Source of the DNA: Nodularia sp. (in: cyanobacteria)
GTDB lineage: Bacteria; Cyanobacteriota; Cyanobacteriia; Cyanobacteriales; Nostocaceae
Length of the DNA stretch: 32,000 nucleotides
NCBI GenBank assembly: GCA_035638855.1
Contig: DASQZD010000086.1
Coordinates: forward strand, 55,422 to 87,421
Reading direction: 5' to 3'
In this document: positions 7,647 through 16,475 of the stretch, piece after piece
How positions within the stretch are numbered: position 1 is the stretch's first letter
Layout of the letters: each line of letters opens with the position of its first letter
Notes under the pieces: generated by a model
The model's database searches: none
Told to the model about the DNA's origin: nothing
What the model saw: the letters and a program-made list of their open reading frames with translations, nothing else
Made by a program: the position numbers and the translations under genes

Positions 7647-9896
7647 GTGCATGAAGACTTGCAGCGTGGAAATTATGTGGCAATATCAGGGATGGGAGGC
7701 GTAGGCAAAACCGAATTAGCTACCCAATACGCCAAAAGATATCAAGAGAGTTATGGCGGTATTGCTTGGTTCAATGATCGCAACAGTAATCTTGCTGCTG
7801 AAATTTTGGAGTTTTTTATCAAGCTTGGTTTGGAGATTCCCCAAGAACTAGGGGGAAAACTGTTAAGCCTAAAAGAACAAGTTGCTTGGTGTTGGTCTAG
7901 ATATCCTGACTCTACCTCGCCTATATTAATTGTCTTCGATGATGTCACAGACTTAGCCAACCTCCGCCAAGTCTTACCCGAAGACCAACGCTTTTGCGTT
8001 TTGGTGACAACTACACCACGAATTTTAGACCCGAATTTTATTCAAGAGATTTCTTTAGATGTTCTTTCTCCAGAAAAAGCATTAGAACTGTTAAAACGAT
8101 TGTTGGGAAACACAGACAGGCGAGTTGATAACCAATTAGAAGCTGCAACTGCAATATGTGAATGTCTGGGATATTTGCCTTTGGGGATAGAGTTAGTCGG
8201 AGGTTATTTAGTCCGCGACCCAGGACTATCTCTGAATACAATGTTTGAGAGGTTAAAAACCCAAAAATTAGCTGAAATATCTTTACAGCGAGAGCCAGAT
8301 TCTACCATTGGTCAAGCGCAACTGGGAGTCAAAGCAGCGTTTACCTTAACTTGGGAAAAACTTGACCCCCTCACACAACAATTAGGAAAATTTTTGAGTT
8401 TATTTGCTCCCCAACAGATTCTTTGGGATTTGGTGAATTGGGTGGCGACAGATGGTGGGAAAGCAGAAGATGAAGCAGCAACACAGCTAACTTGGTCACA
8501 AGAGGAAATAAACTCAGCCAAAAAGCAACTTTACGCACGTAACTTGCTGCAACTGGTAGAAGCTACAGAAGGAGAATATTATAAAATTCATGCTTTGGTG
8601 CGGTGGTTCTTGCAAGAACAGTTAACTAATTCTGGGGAAATAAAATCAGTTTTAGAAACAACCTTTGCTTCTGCCATGATATCTGTAGCTCATTACCTTC
8701 CCCAATCACCCACTTCTGAGGATATCGAAAGCGTCAAGGATGTTGTTCCCCATATTGAAGACTTAGGAAATAGGATAATTGCTGATATTCAGCCAGCAGG
8801 AGAAGCACAGATAAATTCTCCAGCATCAGTTCCCAATGATCAAGTAATTTGGATATTTGTAGGAGTAAGCAGATTTTATGCAGGACAAGGACTATATAAA
8901 TTAGCAGAACCTTGGCATGAGCAATGTGTAAATGTTTGCCAAGCTTTGTTTGCTGGCGACCATCCTGATGTGGCTACTAGCTTGAACAATTTAGGCGAAC
9001 TCTATCGTAGTCAAGGGCGGTACAGTCAAGCCGAACCTCTTTTCATTCAAGCCTTGGAGATGAAAGAGCGCTTGTTTGTCGGCGACCATTCCAATGTGGC
9101 TACTAGCTTGAACAATTTAGCTTTTCTCTACAAAAGTCAAGGGCGGTACAGTCAAGCCGAACCTCTTTTCATTCAAGCCTTGGAAATGACACAGCGCTTG
9201 TTTGCCGGCGACCATCCCAATGTCGCTACTAGCTTGAATAATTTAGGCGAACTCTATCGTAGTCAAGGGCGGTACAGTCAAGTCGAACCCCTCTTGATTC
9301 AAGCTTTGGAGATGACACAGCGCTTGTTTGTTGGCGACCATGCCAATGTCGCTACTAGTTGGAACAATTTAGCTCTACTCTACCGTGGTCAAGGGAAGTA
9401 CAGTGAAGCCGAACCTCTTTTCATTCAAGCCTTGGAGATGACACAGCGCTTGTTTGCCGGCGACCATTCTGATGTCGCTACTAGCTTGAACAATTTAGCC
9501 GAACTTTATCGTAGTCAAGGGCGGTACAGTCAAGCCGAACCCCTCTACAAAAAAGCCTTGGAGATGAGGCAGCGCTTGTTTGCCGGAGACCATCTTGATG
9601 TCGCTACTAGTTGGAACAATTTAGCTCTACTCTACCGTGGTCAAGGGAAGTACAGTGAAGCCGAACCTCTTTTCATTCAAGCCTTGGAAATGACACAGCG
9701 CTTGTTTGCCGACGACCATCCCAATGTCGCTACTAGCTTGAACAATTTAGCCGGACTCTACGACAGTCAAGGGCGGTACAGTGAAGCCGAACCCCTCTAC
9801 AAAAAAGCCTTGGAGATGTGTCAACGGGTATTAGGGGTTAATCATCCCACTACAGCGACAATTAAAGAAAACTTGGCAATTCTGCGACAACGTTAA
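7647..9896 (+). CDS. NB-ARC (STAND) NTPase with C-terminal TPR array; coding-like sequence continues upstream in frame to 7545
   Basis: The P-loop GMGGVGKTELA lies at 7689..7712. Other motifs are the Walker B-like LIVFDDV, the GLPLGIELVGGYL helical motif, and 7 full plus 1 partial 42-aa TPR units. The conserved pre-P-loop peptide YIPYRGSVHFVGREQELTRV is encoded at 7590..7646, upstream of the first canonical start (GTG at 7647). Confidence 0.8.
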   Translation: MHEDLQRGNYVAISGMGGVGKTELATQYAKRYQESYGGIAWFNDRNSNLAAEILEFFIKLGLEIPQELGGKLLSLKEQVAWCWSRYPDSTSPILIVFDDVTDLANLRQVLPEDQRFCVLVTTTPRILDPNFIQEISLDVLSPEKALELLKRLLGNTDRRVDNQLEAATAICECLGYLPLGIELVGGYLVRDPGLSLNTMFERLKTQKLAEISLQREPDSTIGQAQLGVKAAFTLTWEKLDPLTQQLGKFLSLFAPQQILWDLVNWVATDGGKAEDEAATQLTWSQEEINSAKKQLYARNLLQLVEATEGEYYKIHALVRWFLQEQLTNSGEIKSVLETTFASAMISVAHYLPQSPTSEDIESVKDVVPHIEDLGNRIIADIQPAGEAQINSPASVPNDQVIWIFVGVSRFYAGQGLYKLAEPWHEQCVNVCQALFAGDHPDVATSLNNLGELYRSQGRYSQAEPLFIQALEMKERLFVGDHSNVATSLNNLAFLYKSQGRYSQAEPLFIQALEMTQRLFAGDHPNVATSLNNLGELYRSQGRYSQVEPLLIQALEMTQRLFVGDHANVATSWNNLALLYRGQGKYSEAEPLFIQALEMTQRLFAGDHSDVATSLNNLAELYRSQGRYSQAEPLYKKALEMRQRLFAGDHLDVATSWNNLALLYRGQGKYSEAEPLFIQALEMTQRLFADDHPNVATSLNNLAGLYDSQGRYSEAEPLYKKALEMCQRVLGVNHPTTATIKENLAILRQR
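8946..9827 (+). repeat. Seven tandem 126-nt (42-aa) TPR-coding repeats with very high nucleotide identity
   Basis: The unit consensus is LFAGDHPNVATSLNNLAELYRSQGRYSQAEPLFIQALEMTQR. The 89 nt at 9348..9436 are identical to 9600..9688, exactly two periods (252 nt) apart. Confidence 0.9.
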
Positions 9897-10019
9897 TTCC
9901 CATTGCTACTTGGAAACGACGGCTCAATCAGTTTCTACAAATCTTACTGGGTATTGTAACTTTACCGTTTGATTTACTTTGGCAATTCGCTAAGAAAATA
10001 ATTCGTAATTAAAGGATTG

Positions 10020-10217
10020 GATAGAGCGATCGCCTATATTCTACAAGTTCCTGAGCCAGTGCGATCGCAGCAGCGAGAGAGCGATCGCAATATATAGCCG
10101 TAGCCATATCTGTTAGAACAGTGTTGATATCTCAAAACTTTACAGAGACTAAGTTTATACTCATAATTCAGAACTTTGCTATATGACTGAATTACAAAAA
10201 AGCGAGAGAGCGATCGC
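10020..10217. repeat. Intergenic cluster of four HIP1 (GCGATCGC) sites, with a duplicated 17-mer agcgagagagcgatcgc
   Basis: The HIP1-containing stretches are agagcgatcgcct (~10025), gtgcgatcgcagcagcgagagagcgatcgc (~10051-10087) and agcgagagagcgatcgcct (~10201-10219). Confidence 0.7.
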
Positions 10218-10305
10218 CTGAATTTATCACTGATAAAAAAAGACGCTCAAAGAGCGCCTTAACATACATGAATTATAGCTTTTGTCAACGGCTACATTGA
10301 AGATA

Positions 10306-10749
10306 TTAAGCTTCTGGAATATTTTTGCCCACAACTTGCGATTTCAGAGTAGTGATTTCACTAGTTAACTCTTTCCGAGTCGAGGCTTTGAGCAAATAGC
10401 GGTAAACAAACCAAGCAGAGTAGCCAATACCAATCAATTCAAAGGTCGGTGCTACTAAAGGAATATCATTTAAAGAATCTAATACCGCCAAGAGTACCTT
10501 AACCGAAACAATTGCTCCGACAATTAAACCAACGCTAACCAGGGGCTGCTTATATTGGTTAAAGAAGCTTCCCAGGTATTCGGGCAGTGTTGCTAAAAAA
10601 CCAGAAATTTGTTCCCCGTATTTTTGCCATTGCTCTTGAGACTGCACAGGAGGCTGGAGTTTGGTAATGCTTCCTGTTTGGTTGTTGATATTTGGCACTG
10701 CTGCCTCTTTCGATTGGGTTTGTGTGAATTCCGGTTCTTGCATTTTCAC
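10306..10749 (-). CDS. curT: CAAD-domain thylakoid membrane protein (CurT / CURT1-like)
   Basis: An N-terminal polar region is followed by YKQPLVSVGLIVGAIVSVKVLLAVLDSLNDIPLVAPTFELIGIGYSAWFVYRYLL. This is a two-helix CAAD hairpin, followed by an amphipathic tail. Confidence 0.75.
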   Translation of the reverse strand: MKMQEPEFTQTQSKEAAVPNINNQTGSITKLQPPVQSQEQWQKYGEQISGFLATLPEYLGSFFNQYKQPLVSVGLIVGAIVSVKVLLAVLDSLNDIPLVAPTFELIGIGYSAWFVYRYLLKASTRKELTSEITTLKSQVVGKNIPEA

Positions 10750-11468
10750 TCCTATAAATTTAACAGTTGAGTTTATCTAATCTGTGACAATTACAACCTA
10801 AAGGCTGTTGATTAGGCAATGCACGAGGGCATCAGTACAACTTGTGTTTGATCCACAAAAGGTTTTAGTCTCCTATAACCATAATTGCCTCATCAGCTAT
10901 ACTGCATCAACTACAAGGTAGACAGTCAGCATGAGAAGAAAAGTCAGAAGGCGGCAACATATCTTAAAATCAGCTTTCTGAGTTCTGGATTTTGTGAATC
11001 AAGACAGAATCCTCAATTTGTGATTATCCCATGCCGTGTCAGGTCAGTTATCTAAAGGTGAGGCACTCAGCCCCGGATCTTGAGATCGGGTTTCTGACAA
11101 ACTTACTCATTCAAGCACAAATCATGCCAAAATCAGACTACCTCACATTTATACAAGTTTAAACGCCGATTTTATCTGATATTAAAGCTATCTTAAGCCC
11201 TGTTCGTCAATTAGCTCATTGATCATTCATATTAATGTGTCAGCAAAGATTTTATGTATTCAAATATACTTATTAGCTTGAGTAATTGATCATATGGGTT
11301 TCTAGCTGAGGACAAGCAGACAATATTTTTGCCCAATCAGGAAAGTTATGTTTTTGCCCGTTAAATATTCTACTAGGGCAGAGTGAGGGATAATGCTTGG
11401 CAATAGGAATTTCTTTTATCCCCACACTCAGTCCCATTTAGCTTTTTCTACACTTCTATACGGCGGTA

Positions 11469-11930
11469 CTACTTCCAATCGGGGAACATATCTCCTCCAT
11501 CTTCTCCACCAATACCGATTCCAGTGTGATAAATTTCGGCATCAGTGATGATCATCTGATCCATTGATGCTCCATATACATTAGAGTCATAAATTTGAGC
11601 GCGAGTCAGATTCGCTCCGTTGAGATTAGCTTGTTTAAAATTAACGTTCGTCAGCATAGCTGAAGTTAAATTTGCACCTTTCAAATTAGCATTAGTTAAG
11701 TCTGCGCCTTCGAGATTGACTCCTTCGAGGTTAGCTCCAGAGAGATTTGCTCCCCGTAAGTCAGCACCAATTAAATGCGCGCCTCTGAGGTTAACCCCGG
11801 ATAAATTGCACTGGACACAATGTCTGGTCAAATTTAGCTTTTGTAAGTCTTGGGAATTACCAGCGTTAACTGTGCTATTCAAAATTAGGGGAGTTGCCAA
11901 GGCTAGAGCCGCGAATAGCTGGAGTTTCAT
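11469..11930 (-). CDS. Pentapeptide-repeat protein with signal peptide (probably lumenal or periplasmic)
   Basis: The signal peptide is MKLQLFAALALATPLILNSTVNA. It is followed by consecutive A(D/N)LxG-type pentapeptides (ANLSGANLEGVNLEGADLTNANLKGANL..). Confidence 0.9.
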   Translation of the reverse strand: MKLQLFAALALATPLILNSTVNAGNSQDLQKLNLTRHCVQCNLSGVNLRGAHLIGADLRGANLSGANLEGVNLEGADLTNANLKGANLTSAMLTNVNFKQANLNGANLTRAQIYDSNVYGASMDQMIITDAEIYHTGIGIGGEDGGDMFPDWK

Positions 11931-12242
11931 ATTGTTTTCCCCTTCGTCATTAAACTACATCCGTTCTTTTCCTCACGATTTTATTATCTCACTAAATAGC
12001 TAAAAATTGTTATTTAAACACACAAGTCCACTGTGATCTACTGCCAATGCTTTCCTGATGCTAGAAGTATGATTAACTATGGTTTTCGGCTATTGGCGAT
12101 TAATAAATTCTACTAAATTTACATAATTAAACTAATGTTAAATATTTTGAAGAACTTGTGCCAGTTTGCATAGTTGCACATGAGATATTAATGATGACGT
12201 TCTTATTAGCAAATGAAGCTACATCCAAAAAGTTTTAGTAAT

Positions 12243-13106
12243 TTAAATTACCAAAAAATCCCGCATATACTGATTAACTAAATCAGGTTCTTCTTGCTGT
12301 ACCCAATGTCCGCAATGAGGAATATATTTAATTTTGAAGTCATTCACATAGGCGGCGGTGTCGTAGGTGAGTTCTTTGCCAAGTGCTGTATCGTTTTCGC
12401 CCCAAATCATCAGTGTGGGGACAGCCAAAACTCCCCAATGTTTCTGGGTGAATAAGTCTGGCAAAATATTACGATAATAGTTCAACATGGCTGTGGTAGC
12501 ACCACGTTTTGCAGCAGCGTTTTTATAAGCATCAATATCTGCTGGAGTGAAAGCGCTTTTATTAACGGCTGTACCTTGAATAGCTTTTTCAATTGCGTCA
12601 TAGTCTGACAATTGTAGGAGTAATTCAGGTAGCCAAGGAATCTGAAAGAAGAATACATACCAGCTGCGGAGCAATTGCTGATATGTGCGTAAACCTTGGG
12701 CAAATTTGGCAGGATGAGGTAAGTTAAGAATAATTAATCGCTCGACCATTTCGGGGTGAGCATAGGCAAAAGACCAGGCGATCGCACCACCCCAATCATG
12801 TCCAATTAAGATACACTTGTCGTAACCTAATCCTTGAATTACGCCCTCCACGTCTTTGAGCAATTCATCCATCACATAAGCTGATTGCTCTTTGGGTTTA
12901 TCACTATCGTTATAGCCACGTAAATCAAGGGCGACAACTTGAAAATCTTGGGCAAATTCTGGAATTTGATGCCGCCAAGAATACCAAAACTCAGGAAACC
13001 CATGTAACATCAGCATTAATGGCCCTGACCCTTGGGTGACGTAGTGGAGTTTCACGCCATTGGTGATGATATATTCATGTTGATAAAAATTCTCTGTTAC
13101 AGACAT
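12243..13106 (-). CDS. Alpha/beta-fold hydrolase (epoxide-hydrolase / haloalkane-dehalogenase-like)
   Basis: HGFPEFWYSWRHQ is the oxyanion HGxP motif, GHDWGG is the nucleophile elbow with Asp, and a C-terminal histidine (IPHCGHWVQQE) is present. Confidence 0.88.
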   Translation of the reverse strand: MSVTENFYQHEYIITNGVKLHYVTQGSGPLMLMLHGFPEFWYSWRHQIPEFAQDFQVVALDLRGYNDSDKPKEQSAYVMDELLKDVEGVIQGLGYDKCILIGHDWGGAIAWSFAYAHPEMVERLIILNLPHPAKFAQGLRTYQQLLRSWYVFFFQIPWLPELLLQLSDYDAIEKAIQGTAVNKSAFTPADIDAYKNAAAKRGATTAMLNYYRNILPDLFTQKHWGVLAVPTLMIWGENDTALGKELTYDTAAYVNDFKIKYIPHCGHWVQQEEPDLVNQYMRDFLVI

Positions 13107-13371
13107 AATCTTGTATTTGTGCAGATAGAACCTGTGGATATGAGAAATTATGTATCATTTTCATAGTCCAAGTATCTGTTAAAGGATAGTTTTGTGTTCT
13201 CATTCTCGGTGTATGTCTACGGTGTACACCACTAACTCTAACTGTCCCAACTTGGGATTACCCACATCTAGGAAACCTCGTGCTATGTTCCCATCCCGCC
13301 TGGAAATGAGGTAGGTATAATATGTCCAATATAGATAAGTGTTAAAAAATTTTTGATCAAGGACAAGACGC

Positions 13372-13806
13372 GTGGAAACTCAATTGCAGATAGAACAAGT
13401 AATTAAGACCCTTGAAGAGGATTTACCAACACTTTTTGAAAAAGATATTTCTTATGATATTTATACACAGGATATCTATTTTCGAGATCCTGTAAATAAA
13501 TTTAAATGGAAATTCAACTATCGGATTATCTTTTGGACGTTGCGATTTCACGCCCGGCTATTTTTTACGCAAATTTACTTTGACTTGCATGAAGTATCAC
13601 AGCCAGCAAAAGATACTATTTTAGCGAAGTGGACAGTCCGCGGAGTTTTGCGTGTTCCCTGGAAAGCAGGTCTATTTTTCAATGGTTATTCCACATATAA
13701 ACTTAACCAAGACACTTTGATCTACGAACATATCGATACTTGGGATCGTCAGCCAGGGGAAATTTTAAAGCAGTTTTGGCCAAAGGCAGAAACAGTTGAT
13801 CAATAG
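13372..13806 (+). CDS. Conserved hypothetical protein, DUF2358-like (NTF2-like fold)
   Basis: A GTG start gives a 144-aa product. The segment YDIYTQDIYFRDPVNKFKWKFNYRIIFWTLRF resembles the plant/cyanobacterial DUF2358 family, from memory only. Confidence 0.5.
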   Translation: METQLQIEQVIKTLEEDLPTLFEKDISYDIYTQDIYFRDPVNKFKWKFNYRIIFWTLRFHARLFFTQIYFDLHEVSQPAKDTILAKWTVRGVLRVPWKAGLFFNGYSTYKLNQDTLIYEHIDTWDRQPGEILKQFWPKAETVDQ

Positions 13807-13814
13807 AAAGCAAA

Positions 13815-13835
13815 AGAGGGAGTATAACTCCCTCT
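13815..13835. terminator. Hairpin between convergent genes (candidate terminator, better suited to the minus-strand peptidase gene)
   Basis: The stem agagggag / ctccctct is a perfect 8 bp with a 5-nt loop. On the minus strand it is followed by cttttgcttt. Confidence 0.5.
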
Positions 13836-13874
13836 AAAAATCAGATAATTATTAATTTCAACGTAGGTAAAGAA

Positions 13875-16475
13875 TTACAGACGTTCCTTTGGTAAGAAGG
13901 CAATAGGATCAATTGCTCCCTTACCTCCTGGGTGGATTTCAAAGTGAGTGTGTGGCCCTGTGCTGAAACCAGTGCTACCCATGTGAGCAATTTGTTGCCC
14001 TTGGGTCACCTGTTGACCTGCTCGCACTAAAGTCCGGCTATTGTGAGCATAGCGAGTTATAGTGCCATCTTGATGGCGAATCTCCACAAGGATGCCGTAA
14101 CCACCTCTGTTCCAGCCGGATTTTTCCACCACACCGTCGGCGGCTGCGAAAATTGGCGTACCAGTGGCGTTAGCAATGTCAATACCCCTGTGCATTCTTC
14201 CCCAGCGTCTACCATAGCCGGAGGTAAGTACACCTTTTGCCGGCCACATATAGGATGAGGATATTGAATCGTTGGAAGGGGGGAGTGTAGTCGCGTCAAT
14301 TGGTCTGGGCAAGTATTGTTCCACTGCTGCCAAAGGCGGTAACTGTGGCCGTAATTGTGGACTAACACTGCTTCCCCGCAAGTTTCCGAGAGTGTCAGAG
14401 ATGTCAGCACCTCTGGGAGATATTACTGTTCTATTGTCAGAATTGAGACTGGAGGAGAACTCTGGATTGATTGGCTCGTTGACCCGACGAGTACGGGCTT
14501 GGGAATTAGCCGATTGACCATAGCCAGGTAAATTCAGGCTGGGAACACGAATGGGAATCGACGCATTCTTTTGTCCGAAAGCAGGTTGAGAAGCCGTGGC
14601 ATTATTCGGTTTAACAACAGGAATTGCTATGGGAGCTTGTTCACGTTCAGTCGTGGCTGGCCTGATTGCATTCCCCGACTGTTGCTGGCGATATTCCTCG
14701 CGTAATCTTTGGATTTCCGCTTCTGGGCTGTTTCTTTGAGCAACGGTAGTCGCTATGGGAGCTTGTTTACGTTCAGTGGCGACTGTCGTGATTGCATTCC
14801 CGGACTCTTGGTTGCGGTATTTCTCCTGTAATCTCTGAATGTCCGCTTGTAGGCTGTTTGTTGGAGCAACGGGAATCTGTACAGCAGCTTTCTCTAGTTC
14901 AGTAGCGGCTGGCCTGGTTGCATTCCCCGACTGCTGGTTGCTGTGTTTGTCCCGTAATCTCTGAATGTCCGCACGTAAGACGCGCAGACCTTGTTGATCT
15001 TTTGTGCTTTCCGTTTGCTGAGTCGATTTTTGAGACTGCTGCATTTCGGCAAAGATTGTTGGTACTGGTGTATCACCACCTAGTCCCAGAGGATCAGGAG
15101 TAGTAGATTCGGTCTCTGTGGCTGTAACAGTATTTATCTGGCTCTGGTTATTCGCAGTTAGTGGTGTGGGGATAGTTAAACTGTTGTTATTCCCAGATGA
15201 TGGTAACTGTGATGAAGCAGAAGGGAGACTGGGGTAGTTATTAGCAGTGTTCAGGGGGTAGTTGACTAGCTGTGGCATACTCCTGGAATACCCGCTATTG
15301 GAGTTAACTACTATTGGTGTGGGAATAACTGTAGGGCGGTTAACCTGAGTAACAGGGATAATCAGCCTTTGGCTAATTTTAATTTGATCAGGATTGTTAA
15401 GATGATTTGCCTTAACTAGTTCTGATATAGAAATATTGTATCTACTCGCGATGGTAGCTAGTGTGTCTCCGGGTTTAACTTCGTAACCTGTATTAGCCGC
15501 TAAGGACACAATTTGTGGTGTAGCTGCTACGGGTGTGGTTAAGGCTTGCGGGTTCGACTCACTGGTGTTTTGTCTTTGTTTTAACCTCGATACTAAACCT
15601 TCTGTGTTGTCATTGTTGAAAGTTGATGACTCTTCTACTACCGTTTGACGAGCGCTGATTTCTGGCGCTGTTTGTGTCGTTTTCGGCTGTGTCAAAGCTA
15701 TATCATTGTTTGATAAAATTTGGGTCTCCTCAGACCGCAACTCCGCCAGACTGTTTCTTAAACGGTTCGATTTTTCTTGTAAGCGATTGAGTGCAAATTC
15801 CTGCTGCGCCTTTAGTTGAGCATTAATTTCACCACTGGGATCTGTGTTTTCCAGTGCCTGTGGTTGTGGTTCGCTTGTTAAGTACGCCGTTGATTCGTCC
15901 GTTTGATTAGTAACGTTATCAGCACTAGACAGTTTTTGTACTGTCTCATTTGATGGGATTTGGGTTGGCAATCCCTGTGATACTGGGGATTGTAAATAGG
16001 GGGAAGTTTTGTTAGCTGCTGTTCTGTTAGATTCTGATGTCGGAACAGGAGCTGGCACAGACATTCCACTCGCCGTAACTTGCCATTTAGCTTCAAGCCC
16101 GGATAACTGTGAAATTGCTGTTGGTTCCACGATGACAGGATTTTCTGGCAAGCTTGCTAATAAGACTGTTTGAGTCTCTAGCTTTGTGGAAGCAAATTTC
16201 ACTGTAGTGTCAGAAGCAGCTGGAATTGTTGTGGCTGCCTTTTGGCTACCAACAGGAGCTGCTGCTTGGGCTTGATCGCTTTGTCGAGTCACTAAAAGGC
16301 TGGTTGCTCCCATGGAGATAGCCAAACCAATCATGGCGGCTTGTGTCCGCGCCCGGCGGTTAACCTTGGGATTAACTACAATATTCAGGTGTTCTAGGTG
16401 TTCCACTAGGGCATCATCATTGCTGGGGGTATTTTTCAGCACAGCCTGTTCTCTTTTTTTCAATGCTCGTTTCAA
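13875..16475 (-). CDS. LysM-domain M23 (LytM-type) peptidoglycan endopeptidase with a long low-complexity linker
   Basis: The C-terminus carries HRGIDIA..GTPI.AAADGVV and GSTGFSTGPHTHFEIH, the M23 HxxxD and HxH motifs. The LysM segment is YEVKPGDTLATIASRYNISISELVKANHL. An N-terminal TM anchor is present. The start is TTG, with AGGAGG 6 nt upstream at 16483..16488. Confidence 0.9.
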   Translation of the reverse strand: MKRALKKREQAVLKNTPSNDDALVEHLEHLNIVVNPKVNRRARTQAAMIGLAISMGATSLLVTRQSDQAQAAAPVGSQKAATTIPAASDTTVKFASTKLETQTVLLASLPENPVIVEPTAISQLSGLEAKWQVTASGMSVPAPVPTSESNRTAANKTSPYLQSPVSQGLPTQIPSNETVQKLSSADNVTNQTDESTAYLTSEPQPQALENTDPSGEINAQLKAQQEFALNRLQEKSNRLRNSLAELRSEETQILSNNDIALTQPKTTQTAPEISARQTVVEESSTFNNDNTEGLVSRLKQRQNTSESNPQALTTPVAATPQIVSLAANTGYEVKPGDTLATIASRYNISISELVKANHLNNPDQIKISQRLIIPVTQVNRPTVIPTPIVVNSNSGYSRSMPQLVNYPLNTANNYPSLPSASSQLPSSGNNNSLTIPTPLTANNQSQINTVTATETESTTPDPLGLGGDTPVPTIFAEMQQSQKSTQQTESTKDQQGLRVLRADIQRLRDKHSNQQSGNATRPAATELEKAAVQIPVAPTNSLQADIQRLQEKYRNQESGNAITTVATERKQAPIATTVAQRNSPEAEIQRLREEYRQQQSGNAIRPATTEREQAPIAIPVVKPNNATASQPAFGQKNASIPIRVPSLNLPGYGQSANSQARTRRVNEPINPEFSSSLNSDNRTVISPRGADISDTLGNLRGSSVSPQLRPQLPPLAAVEQYLPRPIDATTLPPSNDSISSSYMWPAKGVLTSGYGRRWGRMHRGIDIANATGTPIFAAADGVVEKSGWNRGGYGILVEIRHQDGTITRYAHNSRTLVRAGQQVTQGQQIAHMGSTGFSTGPHTHFEIHPGGKGAIDPIAFLPKERL
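14601..14978 (-). repeat. Three tandem 126-nt (42-aa) repeats inside the M23 peptidase linker
   Basis: The three units are LRADIQRLRDKHSNQQSGNATRPAATELEKAAVQIPVAPTNS, LQADIQRLQEKYRNQESGNAITTVATERKQAPIATTVAQRNS and PEAEIQRLREEYRQQQSGNAIRPATTEREQAPIAIPVVKPNN. Confidence 0.85.

Noticed and set aside
8946-9827. Regular 126-nt periodic repeats that could superficially suggest a CRISPR-like or satellite array
   Set aside because: There is no alternation of repeat and unique spacer. The whole unit is repeated, lies in one long open frame, and translates into canonical 42-aa TPR units contiguous with an NB-ARC domain.
11620-12003. A 127-aa plus-strand ORF antisense to the pentapeptide-repeat gene
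   Set aside because: It is the mirror reading of a repetitive gene. The product is a monotonous (S/T/K)(A/R)P(x)(K/R)L repeat with no start context. The minus-strand protein has a signal peptide and canonical pentapeptides.
14043-16096. Several 60-117-aa ORFs on both strands inside the M23 peptidase gene
   Set aside because: They are nested within or antisense to an 866-aa ORF that has LysM and M23 motifs plus a strong AGGAGG-TTG start. They are by-products of its repetitive, low-complexity linker.
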